Assembly: GCF_018350175.1 (NCBI RefSeq)
Contig: NC_058368.1
Location: 155,622,001 to 155,686,000, forward strand
DNA length: 64,000 bases
Origin: Felis catus
Taxonomy: Eukaryota
Reading direction: 5' to 3'
The stretch's first letter is position 1, and the number at the start of each line of letters is the position of its first letter. The notes beneath the pieces were generated by a model, which made no database searches, was not told the origin of the DNA, and saw nothing but the letters and a program-made list of their open reading frames with translations. Below, one piece after another: positions 38,905 through 51,988 of the stretch. The position numbers were made by a program, and so were the translations under genes.

Positions 38905-40023
38905 TAGCTCCACCCACATTCACTGGTCTTACCATATTCCCCGTTATCCCTTCAGCAGCAGGCTTCATAAAATGGTGACTAGGTTACAGTGCCTGTTAGG
39001 TGACAACACCTCGTGGGGCTGAGAATACATTGGTATTCTAGGGTGTGGTACATACCCTAAATCAGCATTTAATTCATGTGATAATTCTCCCAGATCTGGG
39101 AATGAAGGGATGGAAATGGGAATGGTTTCTCTTGTTATTACCCTCAGTGACCTACTAACAAAACTGTGTCTCCTCATTTCTATGATTTCAGGCTCTGCTG
39201 ATCTAAAGGTCTTAGTTCCACAGAGAGGAATGCTTCTATTGAGTGACACAACAATGATTCCATTGAACTGGAAGCTGAGACTGTCATCTTGCCACTATGG
39301 GCTCCTTACACCACTGAATTAACAAGGAATGGAAGAGTATTACTATATTGGCTGGGGTGATTGATCCTGATTACTAAGGGATAACCAAGTTGCTACTACA
39401 CAATGGGGATAAAGAGGAGTGTGTCTGCAATACAGCAAACCATCTAGGACACCCGTTAGTATTTCCTGTGATGAATGTCAACAGAAATCTACAACCATCT
39501 AATTCAGGCAGGATACCTAATGGCCCGGCTGTTTCCAATGAAGGTATGGGTCAGCCGACCAGGCAAGGAACCATGACCAGTTGAGGTGCTTGTTAAGAAC
39601 AAAGGGAACGTGGAATGAAGGTAGTTTTAAATACCAGCTATAGCTACAGGGCTAGTTACAAAAATGAGGAATGTAATAACTATGGGTATTTCTTTCTTAT
39701 TTTGATTTGAACACACATATTAAACATTTTTGTTTTCCTCTCTTATTTCTTTATCATTTCATGTAAGATGTGTCAGCATAATTAGCTTTATCTCTCAGTA
39801 TTTAAATTACAGGATACAAAAGGTAAGAAGAGTGGACATCAGCCAAAGACAATAAAAGAACTTTGTATCCTTTCCTGAGGAAAGGGGTTGTGTGTTTTCG
39901 TTCGTACATGGGATAGTTGTATCACATCAGGTGCAAGCGTGACTTTGTTAATGTCTACAATTATTTGCAGATTAAGTTTGGTTTAAGAAGATGTGGATAA
40001 CTGCCAAAGTGACAAGGGGTGAA
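38905..40023 (+). mobile_element. ERV-L internal relic: integrase C-part, dUTPase, 3' region and PPT
   Basis: IHWSYHIPRYP (integrase). SADLKVLVPQRGMLLLSDTTMIPLNWKLRL, AGVIDPDY and LLHNGDKEE (dUTPase downstream of IN, the ERV-L order). PPT-like gacaaggggtgaa before the LTR. Frameshifts and stops throughout. Confidence 0.88.
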
Positions 40024-40284
40024 TGTGGAGGCTCTGTAATGTGTCAGTTTGGCTACACTGAACTATGTTTCCCAGAACTATGTTTCAAATTGTGTGTTTC
40101 TGGTTAGGATGCTACAGAAAGGAAATTTCTGTGGGATGTTTGGAGGGCTGAAGTCAAGTGGCAGCCATTTCTAGCTCATGCGTGTTGTAGTTCATCTGCT
40201 AGCTCAAGCACCAGCATGAGTAGCCAGAAGTGCACCTGTTCCACCCTCACTGAATTCCCCTTCAGCATCCCTGATGCCTGGGCC

Positions 40285-40287
<3 letters not shown>

Positions 40288-40328
<41 letters not shown>
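40288..40328. repeat. (TG)n microsatellite
   Basis: Direct observation. Confidence 0.97.
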
Positions 40329-40330
<2 letters not shown>

Positions 40331-40601
40331 ATAGGACACTGCCTTCTATAGGACACCCACACCACCAAGGACAGAAGCAAAAAGAACTAACATGAGCTTA
40401 TGTCCATCCTCATGGGCTCCAGTTCATGCTTATGGGGGTCTCATTCTTGCTCTCCATCACTTTACATCCATCTCCCTTTCATAAAGGTCTGCTCTGTGGT
40501 CTCAAGCTCCAGCATGGATGCAAAGTCGACATTCTTACAGAGCTTAACCAGCTCTGGTCAAATCCCAGGTCAAATCCTTTTAACAAATCCTTTACTATAT
40601 A

Positions 40602-41243
40602 TAGTCAATCCTCATTATTTGTGGATTCCACATTTGTGAATTCACCTACTTACTAAAATTTATTTAAAACCCCCAAATTGATGCTCATGTGCAGAGTGGT
40701 GAAAAATGTGAGTTGCCTAGCTTGCATTCCTAACTAAGGTCAAATAAGGCCATGCTTAACTTTCTGGTTTCAGTTCTCTTGTTTCAGTGTCCTTTTCACA
40801 GACTATTTAGTGCCATGTTTTTCACATTTTTGTGTGGTTTTTTTTTTTTTTTTTTTTTTTTTTTGGCGATTTCACTGGCTGAAATGGCCTCCAAGGATAG
40901 CACTGAAGTATTGTCTAGTGTTTCTAACCACTAAGCCCTAGTGTTCCTAAGAAGACCGTGATGTGTCTTATGGAGAAAATTAATGTGTTAGATAAGCTGC
41001 ATTCAGGTACGAGTTACAGTGTTGATGGCTGTGAGTTCAACGTTAGAGAACTCAACAATATTTATTAAATAAGGTGTCTTTAAATAGAAACATTCATAAA
41101 GCAAGGTTATACATTGGTTGGTTAATAAAAATGTTGTGGCCAGAAGCTTGTAGGAACCTAATCTTGTATTTCCCCAGGATTCACTAATTCAGCATTCTCA
41201 GTGACTTTATAGAACATAACTACTGATAATAAAGAAAGTTAAT
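40602..41243 (+). mobile_element. MER82-like TcMar-Tigger element
   Basis: agtcaatcctcattatttgtggattcc...gactttatagaacataactactgataataa; inserted at a TA run. Confidence 0.8.
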
Positions 41244-41899
41244 TATATAATATATATATATAATATCACACATGTATATGAATGTATTATATATACTATA
41301 ATATATAACATATACATTGTATAATATATATAAATACACACATATACATATTATATAGATATATTGTAGCATATATATCTCCTATCTGTTTCTCTGATTG
41401 AACCTTGATGACAGACCTGAAAAGTTTATCTATGACAGTGAGGCTGAGTTCAAGTTTAGGTATTTGTGATAGTGAAATACAGTGGTAATAATTTTTTACA
41501 TAATAGTTCTTTACCTAATGTTTGAACTGTTCTCCAAATTACTTCCTTCAATTATATAAACATGTCTGCAACTCTAAGTGCTTAGTGATTAACTGTTCAC
41601 TATGACTGTCCTATGGAATAATTTGTGTTCAAAACTTCTGCTCGTTCTCTGACATCTCTGGCCAAAGCAAGCCCATTTTTGTTCTGCAGCCATAACCAGA
41701 TACCACTGCTCATTTTGCGTTTACCATCCAAACTGGTTGGGAATTGTGAAAGCCAAAACCAGAAAGCAACAAAAAATATCATCACTCCTCTTATCTAGAC
41801 ATTAGAGACTAACGTACAAACTCTGTTGGCTGGAGATCAATTCCATCCTTAAACTGTCTTCCTAAGCTCACCTGCTTCCTGAGGTACCTCACCCTCTAC

Positions 41900-42320
41900 C
41901 TCTTCCAGTAGGCAGGCCCATGTTGCCTTTGTTGCCTGTGAACATTTTCAGATCCATTCCAGCCCTTATTCCTTACACTGCTCTGTTCCCTTTGCCTAGA
42001 ATATCATCCTGATGTCTTTCTATAATCCACATCCTACCTATTACACGAGGTCCAGCCAAAATATTCTGCATGAAAAATTTTTCTAAAGGTCACAGCAATC
42101 TCTCTTCTCTGAACTCACAGCCTTGACTGCCTGTTCTATCACTGACTTGGTACTCAATCCAAGGCAAATATTCTGAGATTAGCTACCAGTCCGTCTTAAT
42201 CAACTTTTTATTTATGTACATCTTGTCTCCCTAAGCTTCAGCGGCAACTGTCTATATTACTTGCAAATTGCTTCACCTATTCATCTTTACTAGGTTTGTT
42301 AGTAAGCATTTTCAGCCACT
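41900..42320 (+). mobile_element. Decayed LINE-2 fragment
   Basis: ctgttccctttgcctagaatatcatcc...tctctcttctctgaactcacag...cttgtctccct. Confidence 0.5.
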
Positions 42321-42486
42321 TAACAAATTTCTGGTAGTAGATCAGACCCATGCCGTATGTTACCAATAATTCATTCAAAGATACGAGGCAGAACAACATG
42401 CTTAATTCGCAAAATAGAATTCCACATTTCATTAGCATATTTTTCACCCTAAAAAAAACCCCACACATTTCTCATCAAACACATAC

Positions 42487-42571
42487 CTGCTGAGACTCGA
42501 GGACAATCGGGCAGCATGGACTCCACTGATGTGTCTAATGGTTCTGAGCTAGAGACCCAATTACAACAATT
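42487..42571 (-). CDS. ARB2A: ARB2A/FAM172A penultimate coding exon (85 bp, phase 0/1)
   Basis: Manual translation gives [28 protein letters not shown](G), continuing in frame from the 50464-50580 exon. Acceptor ctattgcattgcag and donor CAG|gtatgt. Not in the ORF track. Confidence 0.95.
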
Positions 42572-43298
42572 CTGCAATGCAATAGAGACAATTTTCCGTT
42601 GAAACATTTTTTAAACCAAGACCAACTTTTCTGGCTGCAGAGATAAATTTATCCTATATAATCAGCCACTAGAAGTATATCCAATTTCTTTTCCATGCAC
42701 TGTAAAAAAAAAAAATTCTTATATAAACAGTCAGTATTATTCATGACCAATGTGGCTGTGGAAAAAAGTTTATCTTCTACAATTCAGCAAATTATCTGTT
42801 CTGATAAGAAGACATGTAAGCTTCTGTGAATGATGATGGAATACATTTATAACAAAAGGCTAAGATTATAATTAAGGAAAACTGAAAAGGATGTTCATTT
42901 TTAACTTTTAGATGGAAATAAATATTAACTTGATCATATGAAAAAATAGCTTCATTTTTGACCTATAGTCTTTGTCTCTGTAATACTACAAGAAATAAAT
43001 TTTGCATTTACTCCTTAAAATTTGGCTTATATAAATATACTGTAATTTTTTACTTCAACCTGGGTTCAATGAAGGCTGTATCAAATAGTTCAAAAGAAAT
43101 ACAACCTAGTGAATTGAAGCTGTGTGGTTGAGGACACAAAGCCTTCAATATTAAAGCCAATCTTTAAGATAATGATGACTTACCATTCAGACAAATGAAA
43201 TAAAAACAATGTATATTCCTTCTATACATTTTGATTCTGTATTTAAAGTCTGGCTTTAAAAAATGTGATTAGCCTCATATGGCTTTTAAAAAATTTCT

Positions 43299-43326
43299 AA
43301 CACACACACACACACACACACACACT
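43299..43326. repeat. (CA)n microsatellite
   Basis: Direct observation. Confidence 0.95.
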
Positions 43327-46074
43327 GAATTTCCAGACAGATTTTATTTTAAAAGAAATCATCCTATCAATCATGTTGGAAAAATCGCTGATTGCTATTC
43401 TGGTAAACAAGCATGTATTGTATATTTTTAGATGCTTGCTGCCCTGGTTGTGCACCATGGAATCCGTCCTCACTGTGGAAAGATCCTTGACTGGTAGATC
43501 AAGTGTCTTATTGTATTTCCTTAATTCATTCTGTCTGGAAGAAGATGTCAGCTGTGTTGCAGTGAGGAGAGAATTTCAAAGGCCCCAGTCCCCACCAATA
43601 AAGGCCGAGGAATGGCTTTTGAATAGATTTGTCAAGGCAACCCTACTGTTCTGGGACCAGGGAGAGCAGGAATAACATAAAGGAAGGGTTGCTGTATGAG
43701 ATTAGAAAGTGAAGTTCACAAAGCATGGCAGATTTTTGTAAGAAACAGTAGATCAATGAAACTATTGAACTGTGTGGAAAAAAAAAAAAACCATGAAAAC
43801 AAACACAACATCTAGTAATGTTCTTAAATGCTTTCTCTCTTTTTATATTTAAAATGGATAAAATATTAGTATTTTATGTATTACAAAAGCTTGATGGTTT
43901 AAAGTGAATATGTATTCTATAACTAGCACTCCTAATCTTAATTAGCAGATGAATGCAAAATTATACAATGTGAGAAAGCAGAAATTATAAAAGAAGTAGG
44001 GTTTTAGAAGATATTTGATACATCTGAAATAAGTAAAATTAATATTACTATTGATAGAATACCACATCACAGAGTTCTAGATAATGCAGAAGATTAGCAC
44101 ACAATTAGCCAGCTTTTATATACAATGTGACACTTGCTTGTAAGAAATAAGTATTCTCCAAAGCAGTGTCAAGATATGCAAATGGATGATTCGTTTTATC
44201 ATTCATCACAGCCCCTAATAAATTCAAAAATCATGACTTCTATAGGTACTAAAAATAGGCTCCCAATGATACAGGGAGATAGCTTCAATGAAGAATGACT
44301 TTCCCTTTTTCTCTCTTTTTCTTAAACAATTCAGTCTTTTCAATGACAGCAATTAGCACTACCTACAGACAGGCAGCGATTAGGTATATATTTTAATTAT
44401 TATTCATCCTCGTAGTATCTCCAAATCTGATGAAAGTCAGCTATTACCCAGGTGATATGTCAGTCTTAATACTGCTCACCTACACTTCACATATGTAAAA
44501 CTACGTCTTATAGGATATTTCTAGTATTAATGAAAATGATGGTACATTACAATATGCAGGCGATTAACCATTTTCTAACTCATCATCACTGACTTTAAAA
44601 AGCTGAATAAAATGGATTTTACCCAGGTCACCTTTAAATCAAACATTTAAAACAAAAGATAGGTTAATATTTATGATTCCGAAATTTCAGTTTTTATCTA
44701 GATCCTTGTTTAGTCTTTGATCTCTCATAAAAATAGGTTAGAAAATAAACATTCTATAAAGTGAGTATGTCCAAAAGTTCTCTGGAATGACAAAGTACCT
44801 GTGAAGGACAGTTAAGGCTTGAAAGAAGTTTGATGAGTGTACATGGACATGTGTGCGCACGTTCGTGTAACATTTTTATCCCACCGGGAAAAATATGTAG
44901 AGAAAAGGGTAAAACAATCAAAAAATATGTTTGCCATGTGACAGAGCATAACAAAATAAATAAATAAAGTGATAATAATAATATTATTATTAATGTAAAT
45001 GTATGCGAAATACATGGAAATAAATATGAGAAACACACAGCCATTACACCTGAATTCAATCTGTTTGAAATTCCATCATATCAAATCCAACTTCCTATTC
45101 TTTTTTTTTTCCCAACTTCCTATTCTGAGATGCATTTCTATGGTTTAAAAACTAGAGTTAAAAACCAAATTTCTTTCATTGTTTTCCTAATGCTTATTCT
45201 ATTCCTCTTCTCGCTTCACCCTCACTTTGCCCTCACCCCAGTTCTTCAGCTGAGATGGACACTAGTGTAGTGTCCTGGACGGCAACAGAGGCAGCTGAGT
45301 AGGAAAGTCCTACCTAAATTCAGAACATGCTGGAGTGTGTCCTAAGCCCCTGGAGATCCTATTCTAAGGAGCAGCCAGGCATGCTTTACTATAGATAGCA
45401 AGTGAAACATGTTTGGGCCTCTGATGTAGCCCTGCCTCATCCCAGCCAGAGAGAAGGAAGCCCCCAGCCAGAGCCAAGAGTTTGGGATGCACAATGTAAC
45501 TAAAGTTTCTCTGGGTTTGAGGGGAAAAAAATTGGCAATACAGAGAGTATTTCTTAGAGTTAAGTGTTCTCAATTTAAAGGTCTTTTACTCTGAAATAAT
45601 GAACTCACAGTTTTTTTGTGGTTATAAACTGTCTTCTTTATGAAATCCAAAATGTTGGGAACAATATTTCAGTGTAGATATGAAATGAATTAAAATTTTT
45701 AATAAGAAGATTAGAACTTAGTCTATTATATTTAAAGAGAAAAATATGTACTAAGTATCCTGTGCAAGGTACCTGGAGATATATTTGCTGACCTGGTTGA
45801 ATTTAGGTACTTCCTCATTTTTATTTTATTTGCCTGAGATCCACCAATGCCTTAGAGGTAGAGCTTTAAAATGGAAGGCATTGTGTCCTCAGACAAGAAC
45901 AACTACAATTCAGCAGATTGTATTTCCAAGGACTGCCACTTAGATCTGATGGTGCTGGGTAAGGGTTCATGACAGTTATGTAGAACCATACATCTGGCTT
46001 GGCTGGAGATTTTCAGAGGCCAAGAATATGTCAGGAAATGACATTTGCCCACTCAGCCTTTTTTAAAAAAAAAA

Positions 46075-46184
46075 TTAAAAGTATGTATTTAAGGTGTACA
46101 ATGTGATGGTGATGATTTGAAACAGGCATACATTGTGGAATGGTTACTACAGTCAGGCTAATTAATTTTCTCACATAGTTACCA

Positions 46185-46232
<48 letters not shown>

Positions 46233-46575
46233 GTGTGTGTGAAAGAACCAGAAATCTATTCTCTTGGCAAATTTCTAGTATTCAGTACAGTATTGAATAG
46301 GTACTAAGTATCCTGTGCAAAGTATCTGGAGATATATTTGCACATCATGCTGTACATTGGGCCTCTAGACTTATGTACCCTTCATAAATGCAACTTTGTA
46401 CCCTTTGACCATTTATCTCACCTCCCTGCCACTGGTAACCACTGTTCTGTTTCTATGTAATCAACCTTTTTAGATTCCACATGTAAGTGTGATCATGTAG
46501 TATTTTTAATTGTGTCTGTTTTTTTTGTTTTTGTTTTTTTTTTAATTATTTCATCTAGCATAATATCCTGCAGGT
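46075..46575 (-). mobile_element. L1MA-type 3' end with (TG)n expansion and a foreign 41-bp insert
   Basis: tatttaaggtgtacaatgtgatg...ctcacatagttacc...catgctgtacatt...tttagattccacatgtaagtg. Confidence 0.8.
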
Positions 46576-46840
46576 CTCACCCACTTGACAGTCCTGGAGC
46601 TTGAGATATGAAGTATCTTTTAGGAGCTGCCTCAGGCTACTTTTTACCTCTCCTCATGAGTCATGGTTAAGTATGGATTCTTGGTCTTTTGGTTGGGAGT
46701 AGTTCTCACTCAGAGTGATTGTCAAAAGTAGCCCTCAAATTGTTATTTTAAAATTATATAAGTAATACAAGAATATAGTACTTAACTTTCTTTCTGTGTG
46801 CTAATTGCTAAAATTAAAAAAAAAGTAAATCAGCTTTTTA

Positions 46841-47062
46841 AAAAAAATTTTTTTTTAAACGTTTATTTATTTTTGAGACAGAGAGAGACAGAGCATGAAC
46901 GGGGGAGGGTCAGAGAGAGAGAGGGAGACAGAGAATCGGAAACAGGCTCCAGGCTCCGAGCTGTCAGCACAGAGCCTGACGCGGGGCTGGAACTCACGAA
47001 CCACGAGATCATGACCTGAGCCGAAGTCGGACGCTTAACCGACCAAGCCACCCAGGCGCCCC
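46841..47062 (-). mobile_element. CanSINE (SINEC_Fc), young
   Basis: CpG-rich body; TSD taaatcagcttttta at 46826-46840 and 47063-47077. Confidence 0.95.
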
Positions 47063-48124
47063 TAAATCAGCTTTTTATACTAAGTGAATAGTTAAAATCA
47101 ATATCTTTATCATATTAATTTAAATATGCTTACAAAACAAAAAGCAGTTTTATCAATTTGTAGTATAAGAAGAATGACCAGGCAGTTTGTACCAGGAGAC
47201 ACTTCTAATGTTTTTAAAGTGGTGTTTGGTGAAATAAGGGAGTTAATCATTAAGAGGCCAAAAGCAATGAGGCTTCATCTACAACCAGACTACTATTTTT
47301 ATGGACAACATTCCAGTTAAGTGAAGTTGTTTTTCTTGGGAGGCATATTTGCAAAATATCTTAAGATTTTGAGCCGATTGCAACTGAAGCCAGAGGAGGA
47401 GGTGCTGAGGGACACAGACGTTACCCTACCACACCCTTCTCTCAACACCTGTGCTCAAGACAACAGCTCTTTTCTATTCACTGAACCCAGGGTTGTTTGT
47501 TCTTCATTATTTCAAGGAGTCTTGCAGAGTGGACAGAGACTAAAAAAAGAGAAAGAAAAAGCGACAGAGTTTTATCCTGAGTGCTGAGAAACACCAGATT
47601 CTTATTTTGCCAAACCATACTGAATTCTCCCTGAGGGGGTCACACATTTAGGTGGGTTCCTACAAGGATATCTGGCAAAGGCTTCCAAAGTCTCTTTTTT
47701 TATTCTTGTTTTAGAGAGGCGCTCTAAGCAGGGATAATTTCAAAGCTCCACAACAGAGATCTAATAATTTTCATCTCTGGGATATTACAGTGTTTTCTAG
47801 AACACTACTTTTTTTCACAAAGTAGTTCACAAAGTAGATGGGATAGGAATTACTATATCTGAAACAGGCCCAGAATGATGAGGTGGCTTTCCCAAGACAA
47901 TAAGCCTTCAGTAGAGTACCTGGTATAGGCCAGATCTCAGTTAGTGATTTAGCTAGTGAGTGACTAAGCCAGATCATTATCAAAACTCAGTTCTCCTAAC
48001 TCCTTGCACTGAATTACTACCCTATGGCAAGATATTTTGAATATGCAAATCATTCATAAAACAAAAGAATACAACTCATGTATTTTATATTACTTGCGGG
48101 TAAGAAGGTAACAACAGTAAGAAC

Positions 48125-48310
48125 TATGATTTTTATTGAACTTCTTTAAAATGCCAATGTCCATGCATTTTTTTTATGTATACTATTTTCCAACTGTACT
48201 TGCAAGGCAGGTATCATATTTCAGAGATGAAAAACTGAATCTCAAAGAGATTAAATAACTTAGCCAAGATCACACACTTAGGTAAGTGACTGAGTTAGAG
48301 TCTGAATTTC
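48125..48310 (-). mobile_element. MIR
   Basis: Core tttcagagatgaaaaactgaatctcaaagagattaaataacttagccaagatcacac. Confidence 0.7.
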
Positions 48311-48589
48311 GGTATGTCATAATAAAAAACTCTTCATGCAATTTCATGCTTAAGGCATAAATGAGGGAATTAAAAGAACTATTCAGGAATAGGTCATTTA
48401 TAAAATTATATAATATTAAAAATTTTAATAAAAGCTATGCTTACAAAGAAATTAATGCCAGTGCTGATTAAATTAAGATGAATTCAACTATTGCCTATTT
48501 CAGTCAGATGAAAAAAGGCATAGATTAACATATTCTGATTTTTGAAGGCAGCACCTACTCCAGTCTTCGTTACAAACAGTTGAAGAAAT

Positions 48590-48800
48590 AAATCTACTAT
48601 AGAGAAGCAGCTGCTGGTTACCAAAGGGCAGGTAGGCAGGAGGGGGGGCGGGGATGGGTGATATAGGTGATGGGGATTAAGGAGTGCACTCAGATGAGAA
48701 CTGAGTGCTGTATGGAAGTGCTGAATCACGACATTGTACATCTGAAACTAATATTACAATGTACATTAACTAAATGGAATTTGAATAACAACTTACGGTA
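48590..48800 (+). mobile_element. Carnivore L1 3'UTR fragment
   Basis: ggttaccaaaggg...ggggattaaggagtgcac...gctgaatcac...tgtacatctgaaactaata; same type as 11890-12075. Confidence 0.8.
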
Positions 48801-49238
48801 AATCATAATAAATCAAAATAAATTTTGTTATGTTCGTCACCTGGAATGAGATATGAAGAAGTTCCAATTAAGAAATGATGAACAGGGATGTTTCTAGTTT
48901 GGGACAAGTACTAAGTTCCATAGTGGTTATATGTGGGGGAAAAGGTACGCTTATTAATCTTACTACTTACATAATGCTGGGAGATGTTTTCACACCCACT
49001 CGGACAAAAAAACATATAGGCATGAAATACACAAAATTTCTCTTGAAAAAAAATTAGGCCCTTGGAGAAGATAATTAAGGATGTGGATAAATTGTGAAAG
49101 GAGAAATATGAAAAGCAATGTGGTTAGAAATCACCTGGATGTTAGAACAGATGAAAAGTCCACCTTCATATATTTATAACATTATGAGGAATGGAGTAAA
49201 AATATTTTAGATTTTTGCATCATGAAGGTACTTTTTCT

Positions 49239-49427
49239 TCTCTCTTTTTTTTAAATCTGAAATTTATTGTCAAATTGGTTTCCATACAACACCCAGCGCT
49301 CATCCCAACAGGTACCCTCCTCAATGCCTATCACACAGCCTCCCCTCCCTCCCACCCCCCCATCAACCCTCAGCTTGTTATCAGTTTTTTAAGAGTCTCT
49401 TATGGTTTGGCTCCCTCCCTCTCTAAC
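49239..49427 (-). mobile_element. Short felid-type L1 3' end
   Basis: tttattgtcaaattggtttccatacaacacccag...aagagtctcttatggtttgg; TSD ctttttct at 49231-49238 and 49428-49435. Confidence 0.85.
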
Positions 49428-50008
49428 CTTTTTCTAATGTAAAGAATAACAACAACAGTGAAAACACACTGGTAATATTATGATTATACCACTATGGGAT
49501 TATACAGCTTAGTCCTTCTATATATTCAAGACTCTTTCCAAACATTAACTCTCCAGTCCTTACAACACACCATAAGGGCTGGTAGAAGTTGCCCACCATA
49601 CCCATGGTAAGAGGTCTGCTGAATAAATGTCTGGGTTTTCTATTAAGAACAAGTGGGAGAAAATCAGGAAGGTCAACTAGTTCTCATTTAAAGAAATATA
49701 TGATTTGACTGGACAAGTGATATAGCATGGTGTAGAAGATGTCAATTGCTTGTAATATCAGAAAGATAAGTATAAATAAAAAAGAAGTTTCAGCTGTACA
49801 TCTATAACCAAAATAAAAGAAATAATAGGTTGAAAGTTAAAAAAAAAAAAAAAAGGAGCATGTTCAACGAATCATGATAGTTTTCAGGCTCACTAGCCCT
49901 CAGGAATGGTAAAAGAAGTTTTCTTATCCTGAGCTTGGACCATGACCAGCCCTTAGGTTTCTCCAGGCCCAAGGGTCCATCTGGCAAAACGCTATCAGCT
50001 TTTTACTT

Positions 50009-50021
50009 CTCCCCCTACTGG
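50009..50021 (-). promoter_or_regulatory. Candidate CTCF motif
   Basis: Minus strand CCAGTAGGGGGAG, close to consensus, about 440 bp downstream of the 117-bp ARB2A exon. Confidence 0.45.
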
Positions 50022-50463
50022 CAGTAGTGAGCCAATCCATTAAGAAGTGTCACATACTGACCACCTTTCAAGAAAAGGGTGAGACCCAATGTACATTAAG
50101 CTACTTTCCTGTAACTGAGCTGCACCAATGCTAAATAGCTGGTGGGAAAATTAAAAAATCAGAGAATAATAACCTCCTAACAGATCATGACCTTCTTTAG
50201 CCTAAGTTCCTACTGTATACTATATGCATACATAACATGCTACAGAAAGCCAAAAAAAGGGAGAAGGGCTTTCAGAAACACATTTGTTCTTCAGAAGGGT
50301 TTTCTATTATTATTTCAAGCGTGTCTACTTTTTTATATTCTCTCTAAATGTTCCGCCTCTAGAAAGGGAGTTTGGGGGCGGGAGGTGATATAAGTTGGTG
50401 GGGGCTCAAGATATAAAGGCTCTCACTCATTCATCTCAGCATTGAAAAAAAATCTCGTCTCAC

Positions 50464-50580
50464 CTCTCTCATCCATTCTCGAATCGTTTTGCCTGCTTCT
50501 TGATGCCACACATTGTGAACAGAGTCTGTCAACGCCACAGCAGTTACCTTACTTTTTACATCTGCTTCTCGTTGAATCAT
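50464..50580 (-). CDS. ARB2A: ARB2A/FAM172A internal coding exon (117 bp, phase 0/0)
   Basis: Encodes [39 protein letters not shown], matching the recalled FAM172A C-terminal region. Acceptor ttttttgaaacag and donor GAG|gtgaga on the minus strand. Confidence 0.95.
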
Positions 50581-51988
50581 CTGTTTCAAAAAAAGGAAAA
50601 TAAAATATTGGCTATAATTTTTTTCCCTACTGGGTGCAGCCTGCTTAGTCATAGATAATAATATATTAAAACTGAAAAAGTAACAGGCATCTCTTGTTCA
50701 AAGTTACTCTTTTCTGTACCAAACGCATGCCCTGTTCTTGTCCAGAGATGTGAAAAGACCTAATATTTTCTTTTAAAAAGATAATACCACTTAAGTCTTA
50801 GAACTACGCAGCTCTATTATTTTCCATGCGGTTTGACAATTCAAGGATTAAAGGGATCACAGGGGGAAAAAGGAGGAATCCCTGAGGGTTTCTTTTACAA
50901 CTTTCTTCCACCACTTCCTATTTCAGTGCTTCAGGGAAGTTAGCACCCGGGGCTCACTGTTAGCTACTTAGGACTAACTTCTACTTATTTTCAGTAGATG
51001 GCATGTCAGTAATGAAAGATGTCTTGCTTTGACTTCTCCAATTTAACTAGCCTGCTCTTCAACAGAGTCTTGTAATTCCTTGGTGTTTTAAATGCCCACA
51101 AAGATCTTTCTCTTCAAAGCCTATCAATATCATTTGGCTTTCTAATGTATTTCTTCACGTTGACACGCTACAGTATTACACTCTAACTTTTTTCTTTAGA
51201 ATGCTATTTCTATAAAATTAAATGGTTCTGAAACTTAAAAAAGAGCCATTTGGCTTAAAGAAAACTGAAGAATTCATCAGTCGTCTGCAAGATAAAGAAA
51301 GTGAAAAATAATAGCTCCACATCGAAAGAATCATGAGAGGTTTTAATCTACTAAGACTAGGGACTCTGATTGACACAAGCATAAGAAAGCTTAATAAAAA
51401 ATTACACTTAAATCAGGAAGCAGTAGCCCTAAATTTCATAGCCATGCCCTCACTGTTTCTTGGCATCAAATGTCTTTTCTCCCTCTAAAAAAGAGCAATT
51501 TCTTAATCATTTGCTATTAATTTCTATGAATTGTCTCTCAAAAGTATATAACTGCATTTTAAAACAGTGAGACTTCTGAGTGGTGCTGAAAGCTCATACA
51601 GTGAACGTTGAAAAGCCAGGCTTCTGATACCAAATGATGCCTGTTGGCATTCTGAATGAAAAATGTCTCTCTCTGTTTTAAATGTCTTCAAACCCTACAT
51701 ACGCACATCCCCTCTCACTGAACACTACCTAATGGGAATCGAATTCACTGTTAATGCTGCTTCAGCAGAATTTCCACACCTTAAATCTTTAGGCCTTTTG
51801 TTTTCTGCTTATATAATGTGGAAATCTTAAAATCAATGTTGCTTATCAACATCATAATGTAACTGCAAAAATTCATCTTGCAATATCATATTTTTAAAAG
51901 CATAAAATAATACCCTAATTCAGTACTTCACATTCATTATTAAGTAGTTTGCTACCTTATAGATTTTATTTTAAAAATAGACTGTCAT

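Larger units (their letters stand above)
40024..41412 (+). mobile_element. ERV-L 3' LTR interrupted by (TG)n, MER82 and a (TA)-rich tract
   Basis: Starts tgtggagg...atgtgtcagtttggcta directly after the PPT and ends ctgtttctctgattgaaccttgatgaca. Confidence 0.7.

Noticed and set aside
22525..42487. In-frame ARB2A-POU5F2 fusion protein
   Set aside because: Acceptors at 22618 and 22552 lie 94 and 28 nt before the ATG and need a phase-2 donor; the ARB2A exons end in phase 1 and phase 0.
4140..48050. Octamer motifs (4140, 13623, 44176, 48043) as POU5F2 autoregulation
   Set aside because: A handful of matches is about what chance gives in 64 kb of AT-rich DNA, and none is near the promoter.
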